Part shown: positions 49,194 through 59,154 of the stretch, one piece after another
Numbering within the stretch: the first letter of the stretch is position 1
Layout: each line of letters opens with the position of its first letter
NCBI GenBank assembly: GCA_050015075.1
Contig: JBEKCB010000006.1
Coordinates: 15,811 to 79,810 of the forward strand
Reading direction: 5' to 3'
Length of the DNA: 64,000 nucleotides
From: Candidatus Brocadiia bacterium
GTDB taxonomy: Bacteria; Planctomycetota; Brocadiia; CAIUPP01
Notes under the pieces: model-generated
What the model was told of the DNA's origin: nothing
Seen by the model: the letters and a program-made list of their open reading frames with translations, nothing else
The model's database searches: none
Translations under genes and position numbers: made by a program

Positions 49194-50669
49194 GTGCAAG
49201 ACATCATCGAGAAATTCGAGGCGACGATTCGGCGGCATAACCTGCTGCCTGACCGCGGCTGCGTCGTCATGGCGGTCTCCGGCGGGCCGGACTCGTTGGC
49301 GCTGCTCCACCTGATGCGCGAGGTCCGGGACCGGAGCCATCCGCGGCTCGCGCTGCACGTGGGGCATCTGCATCACGGCATGCGCGGCGCGGCGGCGGAC
49401 GAGGACGCGCAGTTCGTCGCGTCGGAGGCCGCGCGGCTGGGCGTCGCCTGCACCATCGAACGCACGGACGTGCCGGCCCTGGCCGCCGAGCGCCGGCTGG
49501 GAATCGAGGTCGCCGGCCGCGAGGCGCGCTATGAATTCCTGACGCGGCTGGCGAAATCGCTCGGCGCGCGCGACATCGCCTTCGGACACCAGGCGGACGA
49601 CCAGGCCGAAACGGTCCTCATGCGCGTGATGCGAGGCGCGGGTCAGCGCGGGATGGGCGGCATCCCTTATGTCCGCCCGGTCGCCGACGCGCCCGGGATC
49701 CGCGTCGTCCGTCCCCTGCTCGACTGCTCCCGGCGCGAAATCGTTCAATTCCTCCGCCGGCGCGGACTGCGCTCGCGGCTGGACTCGACGAACCTCTCCC
49801 GGAAATACCTTCGGAATCGCCTGCGCCGCCTCGCCATTCCCGAAATGAAGCGCGACTGGGGCGGGCGGCTGACGCCGGACCTCTGCTCGCTCGCGGCCCT
49901 CGCGCAGAGATTCCAGGCGCGGTCGGACGCGATTCGAGCGGCGCTCCAGTCGCAGAACTCCGTGCGCGTGACGAACGGGTACGTCGAGACGGAGTCCGCC
50001 TGGCTGCGCCGCATCCCGCCGGCGATGCTGCCGGACCTGGTTCAAGCCTGGATGAAAGAGGCTGATCTGTGGCGGAAGATGCTGTCGGCCGGCGAGTACG
50101 AGCGAATCGCCGCACTACTCGCTCGCGGCCGCGGGCGCGTCGCCCTCTCCGGCGCCGTGCTGGCCTGCGTCTGGCGGCGATTATTCATCCTCTGCCCCGC
50201 GCCTGCTGCGGCGCGCGACCGCCGCAGCCCTGAGCGCAGTCGAAGGGCCGGATCGTCCGAGATGGAGTATCGCGTCCAACTCAATGTGCCGGGCCGCACG
50301 CGCATCGAGCCGCTGGGCGGCATCATCGAGGCGGAAATTCTCGAAGCGGGAAAGGAACTGATCGCCCGCAATCGAGCGACGCGGGACGGATTCGAAGAAT
50401 TCCTCGACATGGAGAACGTGGAACTGCCGCTAGTCGTGCGTTTCCCGCGTCCCGGAGACCGCATGCGGCCGCTGGGCGCGCCGGGCAGCCGAAAACTTCA
50501 AGATATTTTCACCGACCTTCACGTACCGCCGTGGCTCCGAACGCGGACCCTTCTCGTCACCGTCGAGGATCGCCCGATCTGGATCGTAGGCCGCCGCATC
50601 GCCGACGCCGTGAAGCTCACGGATGGAACGCGCAAAGTCCTGCGGCTGAAATTCGTACCGAAAGGATGA
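49194..50669 (+). CDS. tilS: tRNA(Ile)-lysidine synthetase
   Basis: …VVMAVSGGPDSLALLHLM… (PP-loop SGGxDS), then the TilS substrate-binding region. Confidence 0.8.
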   Translation: MQDIIEKFEATIRRHNLLPDRGCVVMAVSGGPDSLALLHLMREVRDRSHPRLALHVGHLHHGMRGAAADEDAQFVASEAARLGVACTIERTDVPALAAERRLGIEVAGREARYEFLTRLAKSLGARDIAFGHQADDQAETVLMRVMRGAGQRGMGGIPYVRPVADAPGIRVVRPLLDCSRREIVQFLRRRGLRSRLDSTNLSRKYLRNRLRRLAIPEMKRDWGGRLTPDLCSLAALAQRFQARSDAIRAALQSQNSVRVTNGYVETESAWLRRIPPAMLPDLVQAWMKEADLWRKMLSAGEYERIAALLARGRGRVALSGAVLACVWRRLFILCPAPAAARDRRSPERSRRAGSSEMEYRVQLNVPGRTRIEPLGGIIEAEILEAGKELIARNRATRDGFEEFLDMENVELPLVVRFPRPGDRMRPLGAPGSRKLQDIFTDLHVPPWLRTRTLLVTVEDRPIWIVGRRIADAVKLTDGTRKVLRLKFVPKG

Positions 50670-50755
50670 ATTTGTTTCTCACCACCACCGGCGCTGCAAG
50701 AGCAAGCAGCACCTTGATATCCGTCAGAGAATGCATATCATGACGCCATAAGGGT

Positions 50756-51199
50756 ATGGGACATTCAAATAATTATCCGTTGCACAGAGGGATGGGACTT
50801 CGATGCCTGAACCATGGTCAACGATCTCGTGGGGGCGGCTGTCTGGCACTTCTGGGAGTTTCTGTTCTGCTCCTGATTTACGGTGCTTTTCGGTATTACA
50901 GTATGACATTGGGCCTCCTGTGTTTGGCCCTTGTCGTATGGCCCTTAGCCGGTGAGTTCATCGAGCTTTGGGCGCGGCTTTACGTCCGAGAATCTATGCA
51001 TTTCGGCCAAACCAATTTCCTCGGCATTTGGCAAGAAACGCCCGGTACATTCCTAACAAAGGTTGCGGTTGTGGTCTGGATAATTCAGGCGCTGTTGGTT
51101 CTGGCCGCATCCATATCCGCGGTGAGATTGGTTCGCAAAGAGAAGGATAATACCGTTTCCCGGAAGTACGATGGGTTTAGCAGCCACGAGGATTGCTAA
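50756..51199 (+). CDS. hypothetical small membrane protein inside a low-GC insertion
   Basis: 3-4 predicted TM helices. The surrounding ~50690-51250 is visibly AT-richer than the genome background. Confidence 0.3.
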   Translation: MGHSNNYPLHRGMGLRCLNHGQRSRGGGCLALLGVSVLLLIYGAFRYYSMTLGLLCLALVVWPLAGEFIELWARLYVRESMHFGQTNFLGIWQETPGTFLTKVAVVVWIIQALLVLAASISAVRLVRKEKDNTVSRKYDGFSSHEDC

Positions 51200-51225
51200 C
51201 GGGCATCTGTAGAGCAGATGCATAG

Positions 51226-51300
51226 CCGTTTCACCGAATGTTCCGCAAAGGCATTCAGTCCCCCGATTTTCCACTCCGTCACGGTGTCTAACCCACGCGC
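51226..51300 (-). pseudogene. 3'-terminal remnant of a nucleoside-hydrolase paralog
   Basis: tcaccgaatgttccgcaaaggcattcagtcccccgattttccactccgtc is ~85% identical to the 3' end of the intact nucleoside hydrolase gene (52920-52990). It would encode …TEWKIGGLNAFAEH… versus …TEWKSGGLNAFEEH…. No upstream remainder of the gene exists. Confidence 0.45.
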
Positions 51301-51430
51301 GTGATCCACGGTATTGGACGCATGAGGTGAAAATGACACACCGCAAGGAATTCTTGCGCCCGACCGCGCTGTTCAATGCCATCGGAACTGCATTTCAGCG
51401 CGGCCCGGTCTATAAACTCATGTTTCCTTT

Positions 51431-52708
51431 TTACTTGACCTGATACAGATGCACATCCCACTCGTTGAACTGGTCCCGGAACGTGCCGACCGTCGCGCTG
51501 ACGATGCGGCCTTCGCCGAGCACTTCGATCTGCGCGTAGCGGCGAAGACCGGCCAGGGTGAACGTGACGTCCGTGACGCCGGGCTGCGTCGCGACGGCAA
51601 AAACATAGGTCCTGCCGCGGCACTTCTTCACCATCGCCGCCACCGGCACGCTCGCATTCGAGGATTCCACCGTGAGCGCGCCGAGGACCGTGGGGCTGTT
51701 CAACACCGGCGCCAGTTGCATAATCTGGTGGTTGATCGCCGTGACGGCGGCCAGGTTCACCGGATCGTCCAGCAGGGCATGGTCGTCGAACGTGGGCAGG
51801 AACTGATGGACGAAATAAATGAGTCCCCTGCTTCCATTGACGAGGGACATCCAGACTTCCGCCCGGATCTCCTGGGGCGTGGCTTTGCCGGTCCCATTGA
51901 TGTCCGTGCACTCGATGCAGTTCCAGACGGGTTTCGTTCCCCCGGAGTACGTGACCAGCCGCTCGACGCCCTGGCCGACGAGATAGAGCTGGCCGTTGAC
52001 CGCAGGGTCGTCGTCCGCCACGGGGTAGATGTCGAATGAGGCGACATCGCATCCCTCGCAGTACAGGGGATAGTCCTCGTCGTGTCCGGTGCGCGTGCCG
52101 CGGCCGATGTAGCCGTCCCAGGCCACCCCTTGGCCGAGATTGAGGAACACCGGCCGGGTGGGATCCGCGGCGCAGAGCTGTTCGTATTCGGCAAGGATCG
52201 TGGAGGGCAATACGGGCGGCCCGTAACCATCGCCGGACGGAAGCTCCTGAGCGTTGTCCGGCTCATCGGGGTCTATCGTCCAGCCGACGATGGTCGGATC
52301 CATCAGATGGGCCAGCCCGACGTCGTTCTGGTCGCAGATGACCGGCATTCCGTATTGGGCCAGTTGCGTGAGCTGGTCCTCGGTCGGTCCTTGCCACAGG
52401 CCGAGGTAAAGGTTGATTCCCGCCTGCTGGTAACCGGGCGCCCAACTTGGATCCTGCAGCCAGACGGCGATGGGGAAGTACGTTTCGCTCTTCGGCAGCC
52501 CGTACTGCCACTGCTCATAAGCCCGGACAGCGATGGGGAAGTACATATTGCTCTTCGTCGGCCCGCTCTTCGACTGCGCATAAGGGGCGAGTTTCGTATT
52601 ATCGCCGCCGAGCGCAAGCGTCCCGGCCAGCAACAAAGCTCCCGCTGCGAGAAGTCTCGGCCATGTCATCGCCGCTCCTCCTCTTCCAAGGCCGACCCGC
52701 TCCGGCAA
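51431..52708 (-). CDS. secreted hypothetical protein (possible carbohydrate-active enzyme)
   Basis: Signal peptide MTWPRLLAAGALLLAGTLALG. Internal repeat …YFPIAV…YFPIAV…. No confident family call. Confidence 0.35.
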   Translation of the reverse strand: MPERVGLGRGGAAMTWPRLLAAGALLLAGTLALGGDNTKLAPYAQSKSGPTKSNMYFPIAVRAYEQWQYGLPKSETYFPIAVWLQDPSWAPGYQQAGINLYLGLWQGPTEDQLTQLAQYGMPVICDQNDVGLAHLMDPTIVGWTIDPDEPDNAQELPSGDGYGPPVLPSTILAEYEQLCAADPTRPVFLNLGQGVAWDGYIGRGTRTGHDEDYPLYCEGCDVASFDIYPVADDDPAVNGQLYLVGQGVERLVTYSGGTKPVWNCIECTDINGTGKATPQEIRAEVWMSLVNGSRGLIYFVHQFLPTFDDHALLDDPVNLAAVTAINHQIMQLAPVLNSPTVLGALTVESSNASVPVAAMVKKCRGRTYVFAVATQPGVTDVTFTLAGLRRYAQIEVLGEGRIVSATVGTFRDQFNEWDVHLYQVK

Positions 52709-52903
52709 CCAGTTTCCAAATGGAGCAGTCTACGGGATTTCTCATTTAGCCGCCCTTCCTGGGGCCGCCGCGTTTCCCACGTGGTACTGTAGTCCTCGAA
52801 GTGGACCCTGTCAACTCCACCCCCGGTGACTTTCCGGCCTTGGAGGGCCCTCGACGACCCTGAGCCTGTCGAAGGGCTGCGCTCAGCATGGCGCGGGTTT
52901 TAC

Positions 52904-53845
52904 TTATGTGGGCGAAAGTGAATCAGATAGCCTTTTCACCAAGTGTTCCTCAAAGGCATTCAGTCCGCCGCTCTTCCACTCCGTCGCAACGTTCATCTTC
53001 TTCGCGTTCGCATCTTCCAGGGTAAAACCCCATTTGGTTCTGATGCCGATGCACTCCAGCTTCAACCATTTGTCGGCGAAGGCAAGGTATATGGCAACGG
53101 TGTCGAAGAGGACTGAACTCGTCTGTTTCGCTTGTTTCTCCCAGACGGTGCCTTTTGACCAGCGCTGGTAACTCTTGATCAGCTCCTGCGTCAATGGGTC
53201 CTTGCTTGCTAATACCTTCTTGAACTTCTCACCTGCGAGCCGGACTACGCCGCAGGTATCCACCGGCGTTACGGTCATGTCCCATGCGGCTTGGAAAACT
53301 CTTGCGGCATCGTAGGCGTACGCGACTACGTTGTACTCTTCGTCCACCCTGCCGGCGAGCCCGTTGTAGCCCTTGCGCACGCTTCCCTGCATGCCGACGA
53401 ACCTTGCCTTCCGCGCGATGCGCGGCTCGACATAGAGCGCCCTGGCGATATTCGGCGTCGGGCCGATGGAGATCAGCGTGACCTTTTCCTTCGAGCGCAT
53501 GATGGTCTCGATCATCGCTCGCACGCCGTCCTGCATGACTCTGCCGGGATAATGCGCACGGTTCGACCCTGAGCTCACCGCCGAAGGGAGGTCAAGTTCG
53601 TTCGCGTAATCGTACAGCGTCTCTTTCACCGCGCCGAGAGGGATGCCGATGCCGATCGGCACGTCGGTCCTTCCTCCGGCCTTGAGCAACCTGGCGCAGA
53701 GTTTCGCGCGGTAGGTCGTGTCGCCTGTCGCCGTGGTGATGAGCTTCACGTCCAGCTCGGGGCACTTGAGCATATAGGCAATCGCCCAGGAATCGTCAAT
53801 GTCGGTTCCAAGGTCCGTGTCGAGAATTACGGGTATCTTTTTCAT
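52904..53845 (-). CDS. inosine-uridine-preferring nucleoside hydrolase family protein
   Basis: MKKIPVILDTDLGTDIDDSWAIAYML (the DTDxGxDDxxA Ca2+-binding motif). The ORF-track start at 53905 is 20 codons further upstream. Confidence 0.75.
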   Translation of the reverse strand: MKKIPVILDTDLGTDIDDSWAIAYMLKCPELDVKLITTATGDTTYRAKLCARLLKAGGRTDVPIGIGIPLGAVKETLYDYANELDLPSAVSSGSNRAHYPGRVMQDGVRAMIETIMRSKEKVTLISIGPTPNIARALYVEPRIARKARFVGMQGSVRKGYNGLAGRVDEEYNVVAYAYDAARVFQAAWDMTVTPVDTCGVVRLAGEKFKKVLASKDPLTQELIKSYQRWSKGTVWEKQAKQTSSVLFDTVAIYLAFADKWLKLECIGIRTKWGFTLEDANAKKMNVATEWKSGGLNAFEEHLVKRLSDSLSPT

Positions 53846-53919
53846 GGTCAGTTCTCTGCTTGTAGTGGCGTCGTCAGGCGTTACTTCGTATGCCCTGACG
53901 GGCACACAACGAGCGGCTT

Positions 53920-54156
53920 CTAATCACCGGTCTTTGCAGAGGGCATGTACAGCCACAGGAAGATGTAGGCGATCAGGCCGATTCCGCCTGCGAACAGAAA
54001 AGTTAGAAACAGGACGCGCCATAACCACGAAGGAAGAGGAGTATATTCTCCGAATCCTCCGCAGATTCCGCCCAGCCTTGCGTCTTTAGATGACTTCCGC
54101 AGATCCCTCCACTTCCATTCGTGCGCCTCGGCCATTGCGTTCCTCCTTAATGCCAA
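53920..54156 (-). CDS. pspC: PspC-domain membrane protein
   Basis: …WRDLRKSSKDARLGGICGGFGEYTPLPSWLWRVLFLTFLFAGGIGLIAYIFLWLYMP is the PspC signature. Confidence 0.65.
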   Translation of the reverse strand: MALRRNAMAEAHEWKWRDLRKSSKDARLGGICGGFGEYTPLPSWLWRVLFLTFLFAGGIGLIAYIFLWLYMPSAKTGD

Positions 54157-54266
54157 TTCCCCAGGCTCCTACGTCGCAACAACTCGTGTATATTGCGAAG
54201 GAGAGCATTTCAATGTGTTCTGCCCACGGAACATGACCCAGAAGTGCGCCGGACAAGCGAGTCGGC

Positions 54267-54800
54267 TCATGGAAGCCCCCAGCGTGACCGTGCCTTCGCA
54301 TAGAGCATCGCGCCGAGGCCGCCAAGAAACAACCCCAGATAGAAGATGCAGAGGATGCCGCTCAGCGTGGGGTTGCTGCCCGAATCGGTCATGAACACAA
54401 TCAAGAATCCTGCCAGCGCGACGATACAGGTCCCGCCACCGAACCGATAGGGACGCTTGATCTCCTTTTGCTTCGATGCGGCTTGAATGCTCTGCACGGT
54501 CGGCGTGCCGCAATGCGGGCAGGCCATTGCCTTTCTTGAGACCCTATGCCCGCATCCGTTACACCAGAGCAGTCCCCTGACCAATACTGCCCTAAGCAGG
54601 ACAAATGCCAATCCGTATGCAGTTCCTACCAATGCTCCAAGCGCGATATCCGTCCTAATGTCAGAGCCGCTTCGTGGTAGGCCTGCCGGCCAAGTGGCTT
54701 GTGGCGAGCGAGTAGACGAAGTCATCAGCTCGGCGGTCGTACCGAGTAAACAACCTATGGCAACCGGCACGAGGAGGCGACGTAGGAACTCGCGCAACAT
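54267..54800 (-). CDS. hypothetical membrane protein with CxxC…CxxC zinc-ribbon insert
   Basis: …LWCNGCGHRVSRKAMACPHCGTP… flanked by TM helices. Confidence 0.35.
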   Translation of the reverse strand: MLREFLRRLLVPVAIGCLLGTTAELMTSSTRSPQATWPAGLPRSGSDIRTDIALGALVGTAYGLAFVLLRAVLVRGLLWCNGCGHRVSRKAMACPHCGTPTVQSIQAASKQKEIKRPYRFGGGTCIVALAGFLIVFMTDSGSNPTLSGILCIFYLGLFLGGLGAMLYAKARSRWGLP

Positions 54801-55231
54801 TGGATTCCATCCCTAAAGCACGACGGTCATTGCACCATATCATGCACCGATGCGTACCGGCGGAGCTTTATTTCCGGCGGTCTATTCCAAGGACACGCGG
54901 GATTTCCCATTTGACTCCGACTTTCCCATTTGGCCGTTCCTTCGGGGACGGCAGGTTTCCAAACACGACACTGTACCATCGCAACGAGCGCTGTCAAGGC
55001 CGTTTCTGACAGTTTTGCGACCTTGGAGAGCTTTCGGCGACACTAAACAAGTCAAAACCGCAGTCAAAGATGGGGTCGCAGACCTCCGATTATCGCCTCA
55101 TCCAGAGGTCGCTCCTGTCAAACGAACCGGAACCGTCGTTCACCGCTTCCTACGAAGGAGGTTAAGCAATTCGCGCACCAACAAGAGTCAATTGCATCTG
55201 GGAAATCCGGGCTTAAAGGACCGACCTGACG

Positions 55232-55672
55232 CTATTGTCCGCTCACCGCATGGCGGCAGTAAGCATAGAGGGCGTCGTAAACGATGAATTCCTTCGCCAG
55301 GATTTCGTGGTCGTCCTTCAACCCCAGGCCGCTGAATCCTTCGGCCACGGCCTTCAACCCTGCCGACTGAGGCTGGTTCCACAGCGTGTTGTCCGTGTCC
55401 GCGCCGTTGACGATCTTCGCCAGCAGGACGAGCGCCGCGTCTTTGTCAAGCTTGTACTTCTTGACCAGGGCGTCGAAGGTGCATTCCTTCCCGTGATGGC
55501 CCAGTTCCGCGCCCTTCACGTCGAACGGCGTTGCGCCTTCCTGGGCCGCAACCTGAGCGACTTTGTCGGACGGCACGAAGATGAACTGCGCCTGGGGATC
55601 AATGAACTTCCGGATGAGCCACGGACAGGCGACGCGATCCACATGGACGTTTTCGCGCGTGATCCATTTCAT
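55232..55672 (-). CDS. ChrB-C-terminal-domain-like (chromate-resistance-associated) protein
   Basis: MKWITRENVHVDRVACPWLIRKFIDPQAQFIFVP… matches the Chrome_Resist family N-terminus. Confidence 0.5.
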   Translation of the reverse strand: MKWITRENVHVDRVACPWLIRKFIDPQAQFIFVPSDKVAQVAAQEGATPFDVKGAELGHHGKECTFDALVKKYKLDKDAALVLLAKIVNGADTDNTLWNQPQSAGLKAVAEGFSGLGLKDDHEILAKEFIVYDALYAYCRHAVSGQ

Positions 55673-55707
55673 GATTGCAGACTCCTTTGCTTAGCCCGGG
55701 GCATCCA

Positions 55708-57216
55708 CTAGCGCACAAGCGGCTGGCAGGCGCCGACATCCCATGGGCCGGATTTGGGCCGAGGAAAGCCGCCCTTGTCAAGATCAAGCGCGGCGATGCC
55801 GGCGCCGGTGAGGTTTTCGCCGGCCCCGATGACCGCGGATTTCGACGTCGGGACGCCGGTCCTGAGGTCAACGCCCGGCTCGGCCGCCGGATTGATGGAA
55901 TGGAGATCGCTGTGGCATGCGGAGCGCCAGGTGTTGAGGTTCGAGGTGAATGTCTTTTCGTTCCAGACAAAGGCGTTATATACGCCGCCTTGGAAATAAC
56001 AGTTATTGTCGAAGTCCACGACGCCGGTGATTTTCTTGGCGGCGATAAAGGTGTCGCAGTGGATGGCGAGATTGTTCTTGAAGTGCGCGTTGACGAGGTT
56101 ATTGATGCCGTATCCGTTGCCGGTGCCGTTGCTGATGACGGTGTTGTTATACACTTCCGCGGTGCCCATGCCGACGTTCAGCCAGCCGGTGTACGACACC
56201 GAGTTGCCGATGAGCACGTTGTTGAAGATTTTGCTCGTGGCCGCGTTGTCCGACCACGGGCTGGTGCCGCTCTCGATGAAGATGTGGCCGGTGATGCTTT
56301 TGCCGGTATCGCCGTCGAAAAGGTTGTTGTAGATTTGCAGGTCGGTCGCGGCGGCAGGCGGCGTGGCGTAGGCATGGACGCCGTCATGGTGGTAGGCGTT
56401 CTTAAGCGTGTCCCAATTCGCATAATCATGGATGTGGTTGTTGTGGAACTTGATGCCGGAGGCCTTCACGGTTGTGCCCCACCCGCCGACGGTGAAGCCG
56501 TGGTCCGTGCGGGAAATATCGTTGTTGTAAACGTCAACGTCGGCATCCCCGTTTCCGTAAAAGAATTTAATGGCCCAGTGGACATCGTGGATGACGCTGT
56601 CGTGGATCTTGATGTGGCTGCCGCTGAAAAGGATCGCGCCGTCGCCATCCAGGTCGCGGGCGTCGTTGACGTCCGTGTGGACGTACAGATTGGCGATGTG
56701 GAGATTCTTGAACTCGCAGTGGTCGCAAGCCATCGCCTTGATCGCCACGGACGGGACGTGGAATTTCAATTGGGTGCCGTTGTCCGTGTTCTCGATGATT
56801 CCGTTCTTGCCGCCATCAATGATGACATAGCTCCGATTGGAAACATTCAGGCAGCCGTTGTTGGTATCGCTCGCCCCCATGCTGATTCTGGCGTCAGGTT
56901 CAAAGAGGATGGTCAGCGGCGCATCGGAGGCGCCGTTGCCCTGCGCGGTCAGTTGGGTCGAAATGGGGCCGCAGAGGTGAACGGTCGTTCCCGGGCCGAT
57001 CTGAGCAACCCCGGTTCCCCAATTCGCCGGCGCGTTGAAAAAGGAGACCGATTTTGCGTTGGCCGCCGACGAGCCGTCGCCCGCGCCTGCCGGCGACTCC
57101 GCGATGTAGATGTCCGCGTCGGCGGGCTTGCGGTCATCCGCCGCCAAGGCCGTGAGCGAGATTACCGAGCACAGGAACCCGGCGGCCGAAATCCGGAGGA
57201 CAGCAGCTATTGTCAT
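55708..57216 (-). CDS. secreted right-handed beta-helix (pectate-lyase-like) protein
   Basis: Signal peptide MTIAAVLRISAAGFLCSVISLTALAA. Many N-x-x-I/V-x-x-N beta-helix rungs (IYNNLFDG…IFNNVLIGN…VYNNTVISN…). Confidence 0.5.
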   Translation of the reverse strand: MTIAAVLRISAAGFLCSVISLTALAADDRKPADADIYIAESPAGAGDGSSAANAKSVSFFNAPANWGTGVAQIGPGTTVHLCGPISTQLTAQGNGASDAPLTILFEPDARISMGASDTNNGCLNVSNRSYVIIDGGKNGIIENTDNGTQLKFHVPSVAIKAMACDHCEFKNLHIANLYVHTDVNDARDLDGDGAILFSGSHIKIHDSVIHDVHWAIKFFYGNGDADVDVYNNDISRTDHGFTVGGWGTTVKASGIKFHNNHIHDYANWDTLKNAYHHDGVHAYATPPAAATDLQIYNNLFDGDTGKSITGHIFIESGTSPWSDNAATSKIFNNVLIGNSVSYTGWLNVGMGTAEVYNNTVISNGTGNGYGINNLVNAHFKNNLAIHCDTFIAAKKITGVVDFDNNCYFQGGVYNAFVWNEKTFTSNLNTWRSACHSDLHSINPAAEPGVDLRTGVPTSKSAVIGAGENLTGAGIAALDLDKGGFPRPKSGPWDVGACQPLVR

Positions 57217-57529
57217 TTCTCGTGTTCCATTTCCGTTAGGACTGCGGAGGACGGTCGGCCGCTAACCATCGGATTATACACCCGAGGCGCCGGCTGTCAA
57301 CAGTTTAAGTAATGCCTGCCGATCTTAAAAGGCGATCTACGGCAGGTGGGCGAGAAATTCCTTGACATAGGCGACTAGATATGTCAGAATACGGCGCCTA
57401 GCGTTGACCGTACTGCAAAGAGCAGTCACAGGGCGATTCCTGGTCGAGGCGTTTGGACAGGAGAGCGGCCGCCGATAAATCGGCCCTCCGGGAACGCCGG
57501 CGCCGGCGCAATGGGGAAAACCAAACTTC

Positions 57530-59104
57530 ATGCCCAGCCAATTCGGGTATTGCAATCAATGCAAAAAACTCTCGCCCGCGCGCTACGAGGAGCGCGGCAA
57601 CACCGTACTCCTGGTGAAGAACTGCGCGAACTGCGGACCGACCGAGACGATCGTTTCGACCGATACGGCGATCTGGCACGCCAAGCGGCAGATTGACCGC
57701 CTGAAGAGCGACGGCGGCTGCGCGCTGGACTGCAAGACTTGCGGCCACTCGCACCACCCCTGCGTGATTTTCATGGACCTCACCAACCGCTGCAACCAGG
57801 ACTGCCCGATCTGCATCGCCAACATCGCCGGCATGGGGTTCAAGTTCGAGCCGCCGTACGAGTACTTCGAGCAACTGCTCCAGTACCTCGCCGCGATGAC
57901 GCCGAAGCCCTCCGTCAAGCTTTTCGGCGGCGAGCCGACGCTGCACAAGGACCTCTTCCAGATCGTGACCCGCGCCCGCGGGATGGGACTCTCGACAAGC
58001 ATTGTCACCAACGGCGTGCGGCTGGCGGACGAGGCGTACTGCAAGGATCTCCTGGCCACCGGCGTGAAGATCGTCTTCTCATTCGACGGCCGAGACCCGA
58101 AGGTGTACGAGACGCTCCGCGGCGACGCGGGGGTCTATGACGTGAAGCTCAAGGCGCTGGAGAACATCCGCAAGCACCGGCGGTCCAAGGTCACGATCAT
58201 GTGCGTCGTCGCGCGGGGCCTCAACGACCACCTGATCGGGGACCTGCTTCAGTTCTGCCACGAGCGATCGGACTTCATCAACGCGTGCGATTTCATCCCG
58301 CTCTCGCGGACGTGGGTGCCCGGCACGGTCGCGGCGGACGGGGCCGACATCACCGCGATGGAGGACGTGGAGAAGGACGTCGCCGCAGCGATGCCCGGCG
58401 GCAAGCTGGAGTTCCTGCCCGCGGGGCTGACGCCGTTCAAGACGATCTCCAAGTACCTGCCGATCCCGCGGCTGACCTTCGCCGGGGCGCATCCCAACTG
58501 CGAGAGCATCGCCTTCCTCATCTCGAACGGAAAAGAGTATGTCCCGGTGTCGAACTACCTCAAGGGCCGGTCGCTGTACGAGGTGCTCGAGAAGTGGATC
58601 GCGCGGGACGAGGAACTCGGCCGCCGGATGGAGCGAACCGAGAAAGGGATCGCGGGTCGGCTGGGCTTGGCGCGCTTCATCGGGCGGGCGCGCAGCTTGA
58701 AGGAACTCGCCGGCGCGGTCCGCGAGAGCGCCGACACGCGGGCGATCTTCGGCAACCACGCCGCGTGGAAGACGCTCAAAATCGCGGTCGGCATTTTTCT
58801 CGGGCGCAAGCCCAAGGTCATGGTCCGCGCCAACACGCGGCTTCAGAAGGTCCTGCGCATCGCGATCCTGCCCTTCGAGGAGCCGCGCACGATGGACAGC
58901 AGCCACCTGCAGCGGTGCCCGGCGGGCTTCGCATACCTGGACCCGGCCACCGGCGAGCCGCGCACGATGCCGGTCTGCAGTTGGCCGCTCTACAAGAACG
59001 ACATCATGCGGCGGATCATGGAACGCTACCCGGCAGCGCGCGAAGAACAGGCCGCGCCGGGCCGGCCTGTCGCCACGGACAGCACTCTGCGCGTGCGTGC
59101 ATAA
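57530..59104 (+). CDS. radical SAM enzyme with N-terminal Cys4 ribbon and large C-terminal extension
   Basis: CNQCKK…CANCGP (Cys4). …MDLTNRCNQDCPICIA… (CxxxCxxC). …LFGGEPTLHKDLFQIV…SIVTNG… (SAM-binding). 524 aa. Confidence 0.7.
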   Translation: MPSQFGYCNQCKKLSPARYEERGNTVLLVKNCANCGPTETIVSTDTAIWHAKRQIDRLKSDGGCALDCKTCGHSHHPCVIFMDLTNRCNQDCPICIANIAGMGFKFEPPYEYFEQLLQYLAAMTPKPSVKLFGGEPTLHKDLFQIVTRARGMGLSTSIVTNGVRLADEAYCKDLLATGVKIVFSFDGRDPKVYETLRGDAGVYDVKLKALENIRKHRRSKVTIMCVVARGLNDHLIGDLLQFCHERSDFINACDFIPLSRTWVPGTVAADGADITAMEDVEKDVAAAMPGGKLEFLPAGLTPFKTISKYLPIPRLTFAGAHPNCESIAFLISNGKEYVPVSNYLKGRSLYEVLEKWIARDEELGRRMERTEKGIAGRLGLARFIGRARSLKELAGAVRESADTRAIFGNHAAWKTLKIAVGIFLGRKPKVMVRANTRLQKVLRIAILPFEEPRTMDSSHLQRCPAGFAYLDPATGEPRTMPVCSWPLYKNDIMRRIMERYPAAREEQAAPGRPVATDSTLRVRA

Positions 59105-59154
59105 TGGGGCGCACGACGGAAGGCGAATGCGGGGCCGAAGTCTGAACTTATCCC

